Positions 8,654-18,833 of a DNA stretch of 64,000 nt are shown one piece after another (the first letter of the stretch is position 1; every line of letters begins with the position of its first letter). The notes under the pieces are model-generated. The model saw nothing but the letters and a program-made list of their open reading frames with translations, made no database searches and was not told where the DNA came from. This stretch comes from Alphaproteobacteria bacterium. Its GTDB lineage: Bacteria > Pseudomonadota > Alphaproteobacteria > Rickettsiales > UBA1997. The stretch spans positions 2,288-66,287 of the forward strand of contig JAURQX010000046.1 in NCBI GenBank assembly GCA_030835905.1, given 5' to 3'. Both the position numbers and the translations under genes were made by a program.

Positions 8654-10784
8654 TCCAATTAAGATTGCAGTTGTTGGCAATCCAAACTCAGGTAAATCAA
8701 CCTTAATTAATAATATTGCAGGTTCAAGGTTAAAAGTAGGCAATTGGTCAGGCGTTACCGTAGAAAAAAAAGAAGCAAAGCTTAATTTTAAAAACAAAGA
8801 AATAAACCTAGTCGACTTACCTGGAATATATAGTCTTTCTCCATACAGTATTGAAGAAAAAATAGCTCGTGATTTTTTGATAAATGAGCAATATGACGCG
8901 ATTCTAAATGTTATAGATTCAACCAATATCGAAAGGAGCTTTTATCTTACAATTCAACTTCTTGAGTTGGGAGTTCCTATTATTATAGTATTTAACATCT
9001 ATGATGAGGCAAAAACAAAAGGTATTGAAGTTGATTTAAACATCGTAAGCAAGTTGCTAAATGTTCAAGCCACTTCAACTGTAGCCACAAAAAAAGAAGG
9101 TATAAATGAATTACTGAACAAAATAATCAGTATTAGGCAAGACAAAAAACCAAAAGATATTTCATATGGACAAGATTTGGATAGGGTTTTAGATGGCCTC
9201 ACAATTTCAGGAAAAAAAATATTTAAAAAGTTCAATTTAAGTCAAAAATTTATCAAGCTAAAAATACTTGAAGGAAGTGCTGATTTTATTGAGCAAAAGG
9301 ATTTAAGTGAGCTGAAAATTGATGATATTACAGCCCATCTTAAAGAATTTCACAACCAAGATTTAGAAGAATATATAAGCGAAGCTAGGCACTCTCTAGC
9401 AAGAGGATTTGCGATGCAAATAACTAAGGTTAAAGAAAAAAATGATTGGGACATAAGTCGAAAGATAGATCAAATATTACTAAATAGATACTTATCGCTT
9501 CCCATATTCTTAATGACTATGTGGCTAATATTTAAATTAACTTTTGACATAGCCAATCCGTTTATTGACTTTTTAGATGGTTTTTTTGGATCATTTTTAG
9601 CAAAATGGGCAAGTCTAGGGTTAAATTTTATAAATAGTCCGCAATGGTTTAATTCACTTTTGGTGGATGGTATAATTGGTGGTGTTGGTTTTGTATTAGT
9701 ATTTACACCGGTAATATTTACAATGATGTTTTTTATAACATTTATCGAATCTAGCGGCTATATGGCAAGAGTTGCATTTATAACCGACCGTATAATGCGC
9801 TCTTTTGGGCTGCATGGAAAATCATTCGTGCCTTTACTAATTGGCTTTGGATGTAATGTTCCAGCAATTTATGCAACAAGAACCCTAGAATCATTTAAAG
9901 ATAGAGTTGCAACATCAATGGTCATCCCATTTATGTCGTGTGGCGCTAGATTACCAGTTTACATTTTATTTACTTCTGCATTTTTTGCTCAAAACCCGTC
10001 TTTGGTTATTTGGTCATTATATATTTTAGGAATTATAATAGCTGCCATAGTTTCGGTAATTCTTCAAAAAACGATTTTTAAGCAAGAGGCACCTTTATTT
10101 GTGATGGAATTGCCACCATATCGCCTTCCTTCCTTCAAAAGCTTAATGATACATACTTGGGAAAAAGGTAAACATTTTCTTATTAAGGCAGGAACTTATA
10201 TCTTGGCGGTTTCAATTTTTGTTTGGTTCTTGCTAAACTTGCCATGGGGTGTTGAAGATAAAAAAAACTCATATTTAGGACAAGCTGGCCAAATTGTGGC
10301 TCCAATTTTTAAGCCGCTAGGTTTTGGCGATTGGCAAAGTGCATCATCTTTAATTACGGGTATTGTTGCCAAAGAAATTATAATTGGTACTATGGGGCAA
10401 ATTTACGCAAGCGAGATAGATTCGCAAGAAGATCTAGAGAATGATATTTTTCAAGATTTATCTGTGCAGGCAAAAAATCTAAGCCTAGCCTTTGTAAACT
10501 CAATAACAAATGTTTTGTCAACTATTTCAATAGTTAGTATTTCACTAGAAGAAGATGAATCAAATAGCTCATTAAAAGAAAAATTACAGTTATTTTTTAC
10601 ACCATTATCTGCTTTTAGCTTTATGGTTTTTACCTTACTTTACATGCCTTGCGTGGTTACAGGAATAGCAATGAAACAAGAATTTGGAAGCTGGAAATGG
10701 TTTGGTTTAGCAACGATTATTGGTTTTGTGGTGGCATGGTTGCTTTCATTTTTAACTTATAATATTGGCTTATGGGTGTTATAG
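8646..10784 (+). CDS. feoB: ferrous iron transporter FeoB
   Basis: N-terminal G domain (GNPNSGKST, DLPGIYS) followed by a polytopic permease; 712 aa. Confidence 0.95.
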   Translation: MTSPIKIAVVGNPNSGKSTLINNIAGSRLKVGNWSGVTVEKKEAKLNFKNKEINLVDLPGIYSLSPYSIEEKIARDFLINEQYDAILNVIDSTNIERSFYLTIQLLELGVPIIIVFNIYDEAKTKGIEVDLNIVSKLLNVQATSTVATKKEGINELLNKIISIRQDKKPKDISYGQDLDRVLDGLTISGKKIFKKFNLSQKFIKLKILEGSADFIEQKDLSELKIDDITAHLKEFHNQDLEEYISEARHSLARGFAMQITKVKEKNDWDISRKIDQILLNRYLSLPIFLMTMWLIFKLTFDIANPFIDFLDGFFGSFLAKWASLGLNFINSPQWFNSLLVDGIIGGVGFVLVFTPVIFTMMFFITFIESSGYMARVAFITDRIMRSFGLHGKSFVPLLIGFGCNVPAIYATRTLESFKDRVATSMVIPFMSCGARLPVYILFTSAFFAQNPSLVIWSLYILGIIIAAIVSVILQKTIFKQEAPLFVMELPPYRLPSFKSLMIHTWEKGKHFLIKAGTYILAVSIFVWFLLNLPWGVEDKKNSYLGQAGQIVAPIFKPLGFGDWQSASSLITGIVAKEIIIGTMGQIYASEIDSQEDLENDIFQDLSVQAKNLSLAFVNSITNVLSTISIVSISLEEDESNSSLKEKLQLFFTPLSAFSFMVFTLLYMPCVVTGIAMKQEFGSWKWFGLATIIGFVVAWLLSFLTYNIGLWVL

Positions 10785-10795
10785 ATTTTGCTTTA

Positions 10796-10918
10796 ATGGC
10801 TCTAGTTTTAAGCTTTGCATGTTGGCTTTTTTATAAATCTTTTATCAAAAAGGGTGGTAGCTGTGGATCTTGCCCAATGAAAAATGGTTGTAAAAAATCT
10901 TGCTCATTATTAAAATAG
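10796..10918 (+). CDS. FeoB-associated Cys-rich small membrane protein (40 aa, absent from the supplied ORF track)
   Basis: My translation: MALVLSFACWLFYKSFIKKGGSCGSCPMKNGCKKSCSLLK. One TM helix plus a Cys cluster, 11 nt after the feoB stop. Confidence 0.6.
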   Translation: MALVLSFACWLFYKSFIKKGGSCGSCPMKNGCKKSCSLLK

Positions 10919-10932
10919 CGCTGATGTTAATA

Positions 10933-11026
10933 ATGCCAAACTTCATCTTTAATGGTACATTTGGACTTTGTCATTTTGGTCTAAAATTCTTTATCCAAAT
11001 GTACCATTAAAGATGAAGTTTGGCAT
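10933..11026. repeat. perfect 33-bp inverted repeat with a 28-nt loop (possible feo operon terminator or palindromic element)
   Basis: Arms 10933-10965 and 10994-11026 verified base by base as exact reverse complements. Confidence 0.85.
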
Positions 11027-11062
11027 AATATCAATTTTGATTAAAACAAATTCCTAATTTAT

Positions 11063-11596
11063 ATGAAATTTCGCTTTTCTTTTTTAATCTCAATTATTTC
11101 TATTATGTTCTTAACAAATTGCTCGCACGACCCGAAGATCTACTCCAAAAACCAACCAAAGTTAGATATTCGTCAATATTTTAATGGTAAATTAGAAGCT
11201 TACGGTATTTTACAAGATCGCAGTGGCAAAGTTATCAAAACCTTTACCGTTGATATAACGGGATCTTGGAAAAGAAATGAGGGCACTTTAGTTGAACATT
11301 TTGAGTTTTCAGATGGCAAAACTGATGATCGCACTTGGACTTTAAAAATGATTGATGATCATAATTTTACTGGATCAGCTCATGACATTGTTGGTATTTC
11401 AAATGGTCAACAATATGGTAATGCTGTTAAAATGAATTACATAATTACTGTACCAGTTGATGGTAAAAAATATGACATAAAAGTTAAAGATTGGCTATTT
11501 TTAGTTGATGAAAAATCTTTAGTTAATGTTTCGGATATGACTAAATTTGGCTTTAGGGTAGGTCGCTTAGCAATAGGATTCAAAAAACTTGACTAG
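11063..11596 (+). CDS. DUF3833-family lipoprotein
   Basis: Lipobox LTNC; YFNGKLEAYGILQDRSGKV...DDRTWTL...DWLFLVD pattern recalled for DUF3833. Confidence 0.55.
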   Translation: MKFRFSFLISIISIMFLTNCSHDPKIYSKNQPKLDIRQYFNGKLEAYGILQDRSGKVIKTFTVDITGSWKRNEGTLVEHFEFSDGKTDDRTWTLKMIDDHNFTGSAHDIVGISNGQQYGNAVKMNYIITVPVDGKKYDIKVKDWLFLVDEKSLVNVSDMTKFGFRVGRLAIGFKKLD

Positions 11597-11679
11597 TTTT
11601 AAAAATTTGGGCGTTGCTAAATTCTCTTTTTATTTTAAAATCATCTTTTGAAAATTTAACTCTTTTTTAAAAATCATAA

Positions 11680-12696
11680 ATGACAGGTAGAAAAATAGCA
11701 GTTGCCGGAGCAACTGGCAATGTAGGGCGTGAAATATTGAATATTTTAGCTGAAAGAAATTTCCCAGCTTCAGAAGTCGTGGCTTTGGCTTCGCAAAATT
11801 CAGCTGGCAAAAAGGTTTCTTATGGCGACAAAGAATTAACGGTACAAGTTTTGGATCATTATGATTTTAAAGATACTAAAATTGGCCTTTTTTCTCCGGG
11901 TGGTTCAGTTTCAGCAATTCATGCTCCAAGAGCCGCAAAAGCGGGCTGTGTTGTTGTTGATAATACTTCACATTTTCGTATGCATGATAATGTGCCATTA
12001 ATTGTGCCAGAAGTTAATCCACAAGCTTTAAAAGATTACGCTAAATCAAACATCATTGCTAATCCAAATTGCTCCACAATCCAGATGGTTGTTGCTCTAA
12101 AACCGCTTCATGAGATTGCTAAAATTAAAAGAGTGGTTGTTTCTACCTACCAAGCCGTTTCCGGAGGTGGTAAGGAAGCAATGGATGAGTTATACAACTC
12201 TACCAAAAAAATCTATCACAATGAAATGATGGAACCAAAAAAATTTAGCAAAAGAATTGCTTTCAATGTGATTCCGCAAATAGATGTCTTTATGGATGAT
12301 GGTTATACCAAAGAAGAGTGGAAAATGAAAGTTGAAACCAAGAAAATTCTTGATCCAAATATTGAAGTTGAGGTTACCTGTGTCAGAGTTCCTGTATTTA
12401 ATTGCCATTCCGAAGCAATTAATATAGAATTTGAAGATAAAATATCGGTTGAAGAAGCTAAAGAAGCTTTAGAAGAGAGCGACGGCATTTTGGTGATTGA
12501 TCGACCGGAAGAAATGAAGTTTGTTACTCCAATCGAATGCTCAACCCAAGATCCAGTTTTTGTTTCAAGAATTCGTAAAGATAATTCGCTTAAAAATGGT
12601 CTTTCAATGTGGGTGGTGGCTGATAATTTACGCAAAGGCGCAGCTTTAAATGCTGTGCAAATCGCCGAGCTTTTAGTTAAAGATTACGGATTGTAA
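11680..12696 (+). CDS. asd: aspartate-semialdehyde dehydrogenase
   Basis: GATGNVGRE NAD-binding start; NPNCSTIQ active-site Cys; 338 aa. Confidence 0.9.
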   Translation: MTGRKIAVAGATGNVGREILNILAERNFPASEVVALASQNSAGKKVSYGDKELTVQVLDHYDFKDTKIGLFSPGGSVSAIHAPRAAKAGCVVVDNTSHFRMHDNVPLIVPEVNPQALKDYAKSNIIANPNCSTIQMVVALKPLHEIAKIKRVVVSTYQAVSGGGKEAMDELYNSTKKIYHNEMMEPKKFSKRIAFNVIPQIDVFMDDGYTKEEWKMKVETKKILDPNIEVEVTCVRVPVFNCHSEAINIEFEDKISVEEAKEALEESDGILVIDRPEEMKFVTPIECSTQDPVFVSRIRKDNSLKNGLSMWVVADNLRKGAALNAVQIAELLVKDYGL

Positions 12697-12735
12697 AAAG
12701 ATTCGCTGCAAATCTTTAAACGCAAATTGGCGTTT
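12697..12735. terminator. two short hairpins between convergent asd and hemH
   Basis: aaagatt-cgctgca-aatcttt and aaacgc-aaattg-gcgttt; weak AT-rich stems. Confidence 0.3.
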
Positions 12736-13838
12736 TAAAGGTTTTGATTTGGGCAATATTTAAACTTTTTTGGGCAAATTCTTTTTTGCGATTTAGAACA
12801 AAAATAAGGCTCTAGATTTTCATCAAAATTTTTTTTGGCATTTAAGCAAATTTGCTTCAGAGACTCTATAAATATAGCGTTTGAGTTTAAAGATTGGGTG
12901 CGCAGATATTTTTTTATGCCTAATTTTTCAGCCAATTCTTTATATTCAATATCTAGTTCAACTAAAGTTTCTGAATGATCAGAAACAAAGGCAATTGGCG
13001 TAATAACGGGTATTTTATTGTCAATAGCTGCTCTTCTTAATTCTTGTTCTAAACTTGGTGAAGTCCACTTAAGGGGACCAACTTTTGATTGATAACAAAC
13101 TTTGTAATCAATTTTTTTTGAAATCTCAGTCTTAGATATATTTAATAATTCAGCCAAATTATTAACCACTAAATCAGTAGTGGTTTGAACTTGAAAAACA
13201 TAAGGATCGCCCTTTTCAATTAACTTTTGTGGTAAACCATGCGCCGAAAATAAGAAGCGTAACTGATCTAAATGTTTGTATTTGGCAACGACTTTTTTTA
13301 TTAAGGTTGCATGCGATTTGCAAAATTCTAAATCATTTGGATAACAACAAATTGTTCTGATGTTTAAATTTTCTTTAAAGCTACTTTTGTACTTACTAAT
13401 CACTTTTTTAAAGTCATCGAGTGATGATTTTGAAGTTGAGCTTGAAAATTGAGGGTAGAGTGGCAGTAAAATTATATTATCTGGATTATATTTTATAGCA
13501 TTTTTGATCACTTCAAAGGAAAATGGGTGCCAATAGCGCATAACCACAAAAGTTTTAAAATCTCCTTCAAAAGAAAGCTCTCTTTCTAAATTGTATGATT
13601 GTTCATTTGTTATTTCTAGCAAAGGAGATTTACCTCCTATATGATTGTATATTTCTTTGGCAGTTTTACTTCTTTTATTTGATATTAGCTTTGCTAGCAA
13701 GAATCTGAGCGGATTTGGCAAGCCAATTATTGCTTTATCATTAAATAAGTTAAAAAGAAATGGTTTAACTGATTCAATTTTATCAGGTCCTCCTAAATTA
13801 AATAGGATAATCGCAGTTTTTTTACTTACAAAAGTCAT
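12735..13838 (-). CDS. hemH: ferrochelatase
   Basis: LFNLGGPD, FSAHGLP, FVSDHSETL motifs; Cys-containing C-terminal tail. Confidence 0.9.
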   Translation of the reverse strand: MTFVSKKTAIILFNLGGPDKIESVKPFLFNLFNDKAIIGLPNPLRFLLAKLISNKRSKTAKEIYNHIGGKSPLLEITNEQSYNLERELSFEGDFKTFVVMRYWHPFSFEVIKNAIKYNPDNIILLPLYPQFSSSTSKSSLDDFKKVISKYKSSFKENLNIRTICCYPNDLEFCKSHATLIKKVVAKYKHLDQLRFLFSAHGLPQKLIEKGDPYVFQVQTTTDLVVNNLAELLNISKTEISKKIDYKVCYQSKVGPLKWTSPSLEQELRRAAIDNKIPVITPIAFVSDHSETLVELDIEYKELAEKLGIKKYLRTQSLNSNAIFIESLKQICLNAKKNFDENLEPYFCSKSQKRICPKKFKYCPNQNL

Positions 13839-13943
13839 AATTTCTTGTCAAATTAAACAGTAATATTTATTAATCTTCTTGGTGCAATCTTAATTTATAC
13901 TAAAATTCATCTTTAAGGTTAAATTAGTAAATAGTTTTTATAT

Positions 13944-14300
13944 TTGATGATCAAAACTTTCAGTCAAGATAATATACAAGCCTTAACATCTCTTTTAAAA
14001 AAAAATTCAGGCAAAGCAGATACTGTTGGATATAGTGTAAAAGTTGATAAAGTAAAGATGCGTTCATCAAGAAGGCGGCTTACCGCCGAAGAAAAATTGT
14101 TGATGGTTAAGAAAAATTTAAAAGATATCAACGGCTCTTTTATTAAAAATAATAGAAGTTTACTACAAAATATTTTTAAATATTCCTATTTATGGATTGT
14201 TTCATTTGCCTTCGCTTTTAGTATTTTACAATTTGGTGATTCAGCTATCTCAGCTTTCCAAGGAACTCTTTTTAATATCATTTCTAGTTTTAAAGGTTAA
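13944..14300 (+). CDS. hypothetical basic protein with a C-terminal TM helix
   Basis: ORF only; no family recognised. Confidence 0.35.
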   Translation: MMIKTFSQDNIQALTSLLKKNSGKADTVGYSVKVDKVKMRSSRRRLTAEEKLLMVKKNLKDINGSFIKNNRSLLQNIFKYSYLWIVSFAFAFSILQFGDSAISAFQGTLFNIISSFKG

Positions 14301-14534
14301 AAGCTTCTTATCATCATACTTAGAACTTAGTGTTTTGTGTGATAAAATTGACTTTTAATTTGCTATCATCAATATTTTGCACTAAAATTAGTGTTTACAA
14401 TGCGCTGTAAAAGATGGGTTGTTTGCGCTATTGATAAAATATAAGTTAACTTAAAATTTTTTAAAAATTCTTTAAATTTAAAATAAAAACCTTTGTTAAC
14501 AGCACTTAAGACTACAACAGATAAATCATCATCT

Positions 14535-15494
14535 ATGAAATTTGACAGCAAACAGTTACTGAGCTTTTATCATGACATGCTTTTAATTCGTCGCTTTGAA
14601 GAAAAGGCTGGCCAGCTTTATGGTATGGGTCTTATAGGAGGTTTTTGCCATCTTTATATTGGTCAAGAAGCTGTTGCGGTTGGTATGAAGGCCAATATGC
14701 AACAAGGCGATAGAGTGATTACTACTTACCGCGATCATGGTCATATGATTGTTACAGGTTCGGATCCAAAAGCTATCATGGCTGAACTTTTGGGAAGAAG
14801 TACGGGCTCTTCAAAAGGCAAGGGTGGTTCAATGCATTTGTTTGATATTGAGCGTAATTTCTTTGGCGGTCATGGTATTGTTGGTGCATCGGTGCCAATT
14901 GGTGCAGGGCTTGCTTTTGCTGATAAATATCTTGGCAATAAGGCAGTAACTTTTTGCTATTACGGCGATGGAGCAGCACATCAGGGTCAAGTCTATGAAG
15001 CCTACAATATGGCTAAATTATGGAATTTACCAATTATTTTTATTATCGAAAACAATAAATATGCCATGGGTACTTCGGTTGCTCGCTCTTCAGCTAACCT
15101 TGAGTTACATAAAAGGGGCTTGGGCTTTGATATTCCGGGTTATAAAATAAATGGCATGGATGTTGTTGAAGTTATTCAAGGAACCAAACAAATTATCGAA
15201 GATGTTAGAAATGGCAAAGGCCCAGTAATAGTAGAGATGGATACTTACCGCTATCGAGGTCATTCAATGTCTGATCCGGCAAAATACCGTAGCAAAGATG
15301 AGTTAGAAAGAAAAAAAGAGCAAGATCCACTTATAAACCTTAAAAATTATATGTCTAAAACTGCTTCAATTAAAGATGAAGAAATTAAAAAAGTTGATGA
15401 TGAAGTTAAGTCACAAGTAAATGAAGTTGTTGAATTTGCCAAAAATAGTCCTGAACCAGATGAGTCAGAATTAATGACTGATATTTATAATTAA
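14535..15494 (+). CDS. pdhA: pyruvate dehydrogenase E1 alpha subunit
   Basis: [47 protein letters not shown]; start moved to ATG 14535 (the track ORF starts at an upstream TTG). Confidence 0.9.
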   Translation: MKFDSKQLLSFYHDMLLIRRFEEKAGQLYGMGLIGGFCHLYIGQEAVAVGMKANMQQGDRVITTYRDHGHMIVTGSDPKAIMAELLGRSTGSSKGKGGSMHLFDIERNFFGGHGIVGASVPIGAGLAFADKYLGNKAVTFCYYGDGAAHQGQVYEAYNMAKLWNLPIIFIIENNKYAMGTSVARSSANLELHKRGLGFDIPGYKINGMDVVEVIQGTKQIIEDVRNGKGPVIVEMDTYRYRGHSMSDPAKYRSKDELERKKEQDPLINLKNYMSKTASIKDEEIKKVDDEVKSQVNEVVEFAKNSPEPDESELMTDIYN

Positions 15495-15505
15495 TTCAAA
15501 TAAAT

Positions 15506-16486
15506 ATGACTTTAAGAAAATTAACAGTTAGAGAAGCTTTATGTGAGGCGATGTCAGAAGAAATGCGCCGCGAGGAAAGGGTCTTTATCATGGGTGAAGA
15601 GGTTGCTGAATATAATGGTGCTTACAAAGTTACTCAAGGTATGCTTGATGAATTTGGTGCAAAAAGAGTGATCGATACTCCAATCACCGAGCATGGTTTT
15701 GCTGGAATTGGTGTTGGCGCTGCTTTTGCAGGCTTAAAGCCAATTGTTGAGTTCATGACTTTTAACTTTGCTATGCAAGCAATTGATCAAATTGTTAATT
15801 CGGCGGCTAAAACTTGCTATATGTCGGGTGGTCAAGTTAAATGCCCGATTGTGTTTCGTGGACCTAACGGCGCCGCCGCCAGAGTTGCGGCGCAGCATTC
15901 TCAATGCTACGCTGCTTGGTATGGATCGATTCCGGGTTTAAAAGTTATCGCTCCTTATAGCGCGGCTGACTGCAAAGGTTTGTTAAAATCAGCAATTCGT
16001 GATCCAAATCCAGTAATTTTCTTGGAAAATGAAATCACTTACGGCATGTCTTTTGAAGAAGAATATGCCAATGATCATCTAGTTGAAATTGGCAAAGCCA
16101 AAATCTTAAAAGAAGGTGAAGACGTCACTATTATTGCTTTTTCACTGACTGTAAAATACGCTCTTGAAGCAGCCGAAGAACTGGCCAAGCAGGGAATTAG
16201 TGCTGAAGTTATAGATTTAAGAACCATCAGACCAATTGATCGTCAAACTATTGTTGAGTCAGTTATTAAAACTTCGCGTTGCGTAACTGTGGAAGAGGGC
16301 TTTCCTTTTGCTTCAATTGGCAGTGAAATTGCCTCAATTTTAATGGAAGAAGCTTTTGATTATCTTGATGCCCCAGTTAAAAAACTAGCTTCTGTTGATG
16401 CACCTTTGCCATATGCGGTTAATCTTGAAAAATTAGCTCTGCCAAAAACTAACGATATTATAAAAGTGGTAAAAGATTTGATTTAA
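15506..16486 (+). CDS. pdhB: pyruvate dehydrogenase E1 beta subunit
   Basis: Transketolase-like pyrimidine-binding and C-terminal domains; [13 protein letters not shown]. Confidence 0.9.
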   Translation: MTLRKLTVREALCEAMSEEMRREERVFIMGEEVAEYNGAYKVTQGMLDEFGAKRVIDTPITEHGFAGIGVGAAFAGLKPIVEFMTFNFAMQAIDQIVNSAAKTCYMSGGQVKCPIVFRGPNGAAARVAAQHSQCYAAWYGSIPGLKVIAPYSAADCKGLLKSAIRDPNPVIFLENEITYGMSFEEEYANDHLVEIGKAKILKEGEDVTIIAFSLTVKYALEAAEELAKQGISAEVIDLRTIRPIDRQTIVESVIKTSRCVTVEEGFPFASIGSEIASILMEEAFDYLDAPVKKLASVDAPLPYAVNLEKLALPKTNDIIKVVKDLI

Positions 16487-16514
16487 AACATCTTTTTAAA
16501 TCTAATATACCAAG

Positions 16515-16627
16515 ATACGCTAAAATTTAAAAAATAATTGCCGATTTGATGATAAAATTGACCGTTTAGGTCATGTTTCTTGATCAAATCTCCCTAAAAA
16601 TTACTCAAAATTAGAAGGTTGCAAAGG
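16515..16627. repeat. family-2 hairpin repeat, intact copy
   Basis: atacgctaaaatt...gccgatttgatgat-[hairpin]-ttgatcaaatctccctaaaaattactcaaaatt; aligns with 23580-23635 plus 24486-24551 and with 54816-54902. Confidence 0.75.
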
Positions 16628-16660
16628 TCTTTTATAACATAATAAATCTCGCATGCTGCA

Positions 16661-16990
16661 ATGAATCCAATTTATCTTTTTGTTAAAAAATATCAGATTA
16701 CTAAATTTGGCTTTATTGGATCTTTTGTGGCAATTTTTCTCACTTGCTATTTTGTGTTTTTTGCAATATATGGTGAAAAAGGTTTGCAAGATTTAATGCG
16801 CCTACAAAAAGAAATTGAACAAAAAAAAGTTATAGAAAATACTCTATCAAATATTCGCAAATCAAAAGAAGAAAGAGTTAAAAAAATGCGTCCAGAATCT
16901 TTAGACCTTGATTTGCTTGACGAGCAAGTTAGAAAAAACCTAGGTTATGGTGATGAAGATGAGATCATAATTTATGATAAAAAAGACTAA
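16661..16990 (+). CDS. ftsB: septum formation initiator FtsB/DivIC-like
   Basis: N-terminal TM helix, then a coiled coil (LMRLQKEIEQKK), then LDLLDEQVRKNLGY; downstream of pdhAB. Confidence 0.6.
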   Translation: MNPIYLFVKKYQITKFGFIGSFVAIFLTCYFVFFAIYGEKGLQDLMRLQKEIEQKKVIENTLSNIRKSKEERVKKMRPESLDLDLLDEQVRKNLGYGDEDEIIIYDKKD

Positions 16991-17003
16991 CTAGATAATC
17001 GCA

Positions 17004-18815
17004 ATGAATTTTTCAAAAGATTTTCCAGATAATTTGCGATCACAAATTTTAACTTCGCAAGTTGTTGGCAAAATTGTTAAGTTAAAAAAACAGGGTAAAG
17101 AATATAGTGGATTATGCCCGTTTCACAATGAAAAAACCCCATCTTTTACAGTTAATGATCAAAAGGGTTTTTATCATTGCTTTGGTTGTGGCGCTCATGG
17201 CGATATCATAACTTTTGTTATGAATAAACAAGGCCTTGATTTTAAAGAGGCAGTTTTGAGTTTGGCTAGTGATTTTTCAATTGCTGTGCCTCAAGTTAAA
17301 TATGAAAAAACTCAAGAAGAAAAGTCACAAATTGATCAACAATATCAAATTTTAGAAGAAATTTGTCATTTTTTTGAGAAAAATCTTTACCTGGAATCTT
17401 CAAGCGAAATTAGAAATTATCTCAAAAAAAGAGGTTTAAATGCCAAAATTGCCAAAAAATTTCGCTTAGGTTTTGCTCCAAATTCTTATGATTCATTAAT
17501 AAATTTCTTAAAAAGTAAAAGTTATTCAGAGCAAGAAATACTAAAAACTGGAGTCGTTTCTAAAAATGATCGCGGCAATCTTTACGACAAGCAAAGAAAT
17601 CGCATTATTTTTCCAATTCTTGACAAAAAAAAGCGAGTTATTGCCTTTGGAGGTAGAATTATTGATGATTCTTTGCCAAAATACCTTAATTCAGCTGAAA
17701 CAGAATTTTTTAAAAAAAAGCATATTTTGTATAATTTTGCTGAAGCAAGAAATGCTATTTTTAAAAAATCTTGCGCAGTAGTGGTCGAAGGCTATATGGA
17801 TGTTATAAAATTAAGTAGTAATGGTGTTGAAAATGTGGTAGCTGGACTTGGGACTGCTTTAAGCGATAGCCATTTATCGCAGCTTTTTGCCATAACTGAC
17901 AAAATAATAATGTGTTTAGATGGCGATAATGCCGGAATTATGGCTGCCAAAAGAGCTTTAGAAATAGCCCTGCCAATTATTTCAAGCCAAAAAAATATTG
18001 GATTTGCTTTTTTGTCAGATGGCATGGATCCCGATGATTTTATTAACAAAAATGGTGCCAAAGAATTTGAAAAATTTTTGGCTCAATCAGCTCCAATGTC
18101 ACAAGTGATGATTGATTTTGCGATTAATGATTTGGCCTTAGATCAAAGCAAGCAAATTTCTCCAGAGAGCAAAGCTAAATTAGAGAGTTATTTAAATACT
18201 AAGGCTGAATTGATAAAAGACAGTTTAAGCAAAAAGTATTTTTTACAATATTTTAAAGATTGGATATATAGATTTGGTAGAAATAATGGCAAAAATAACG
18301 GCCCAATTACCAGTAAAGTTAAAAATAATAAAAAAGAAACCAAGCTAAATTTGGCTGACGTTATGGCTAAAAATATTATATGCTACATTATCAAAGATAA
18401 TGGTTTAGCAAATTACCAAGATGACGATTTTGACATAAGAGAATTAAGATTTTGCAATGAAAACCTAACTGCAATTAAAGATAGCATAATTGAAATAATT
18501 GATTTGCAAAATGATACTAATCAAAATAAAGTTCTTGCAGAACTTGAAAAATTAGATTACAGTTGTCATCTAATAGATATCAAAAATACTTTATCTGAAA
18601 TAGAGCTTGATGATTTTTATCAGGCTAGATTTAAAGTTTTGCTATTTAAAGAGTTATTAATAAAATTAGAGCAACAATATCAAAGCTGCTTAATTGAGGC
18701 TGATGCCATCAAAACTCACCATAGTGCAATTTCAGATCAAAAAATTAAAGAGATTTTTGATTACAAAAATTCTATCGAACAAAAAATTTTAAATTTAGAG
18801 CAAGAGCTTCTTTAA
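17004..18815 (+). CDS. dnaG: DNA primase
   Basis: Zinc ribbon CPFHNEKTPSFTV...CFGCGAHGD; TOPRIM EGYMDV...DGDNAG. Confidence 0.9.
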   Translation: MNFSKDFPDNLRSQILTSQVVGKIVKLKKQGKEYSGLCPFHNEKTPSFTVNDQKGFYHCFGCGAHGDIITFVMNKQGLDFKEAVLSLASDFSIAVPQVKYEKTQEEKSQIDQQYQILEEICHFFEKNLYLESSSEIRNYLKKRGLNAKIAKKFRLGFAPNSYDSLINFLKSKSYSEQEILKTGVVSKNDRGNLYDKQRNRIIFPILDKKKRVIAFGGRIIDDSLPKYLNSAETEFFKKKHILYNFAEARNAIFKKSCAVVVEGYMDVIKLSSNGVENVVAGLGTALSDSHLSQLFAITDKIIMCLDGDNAGIMAAKRALEIALPIISSQKNIGFAFLSDGMDPDDFINKNGAKEFEKFLAQSAPMSQVMIDFAINDLALDQSKQISPESKAKLESYLNTKAELIKDSLSKKYFLQYFKDWIYRFGRNNGKNNGPITSKVKNNKKETKLNLADVMAKNIICYIIKDNGLANYQDDDFDIRELRFCNENLTAIKDSIIEIIDLQNDTNQNKVLAELEKLDYSCHLIDIKNTLSEIELDDFYQARFKVLLFKELLIKLEQQYQSCLIEADAIKTHHSAISDQKIKEIFDYKNSIEQKILNLEQELL

Positions 18816-18833
18816 ATTATATCCTATAAATAA

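Noticed and set aside
12190-12635. Two minus-strand ORFs (72 and 110 aa) inside asd
   Set aside because: They are antisense shadows of a highly conserved gene and have no features of their own.
14493-14534. Upstream extensions of pdhA (TTG at 14493). Also applies to rplM (48908-48985), purM (62608-62652) and panB (43097-43150)
   Set aside because: Internal ATG codons give N-termini that match the conserved starts of these families. The extensions have no conserved sequence.
14749-15150. Three short alternative-frame and antisense ORFs inside pdhA
   Set aside because: pdhA is relatively GC-rich here, which leaves alternative frames open by chance. The pdhA frame carries all the conserved E1-alpha motifs.
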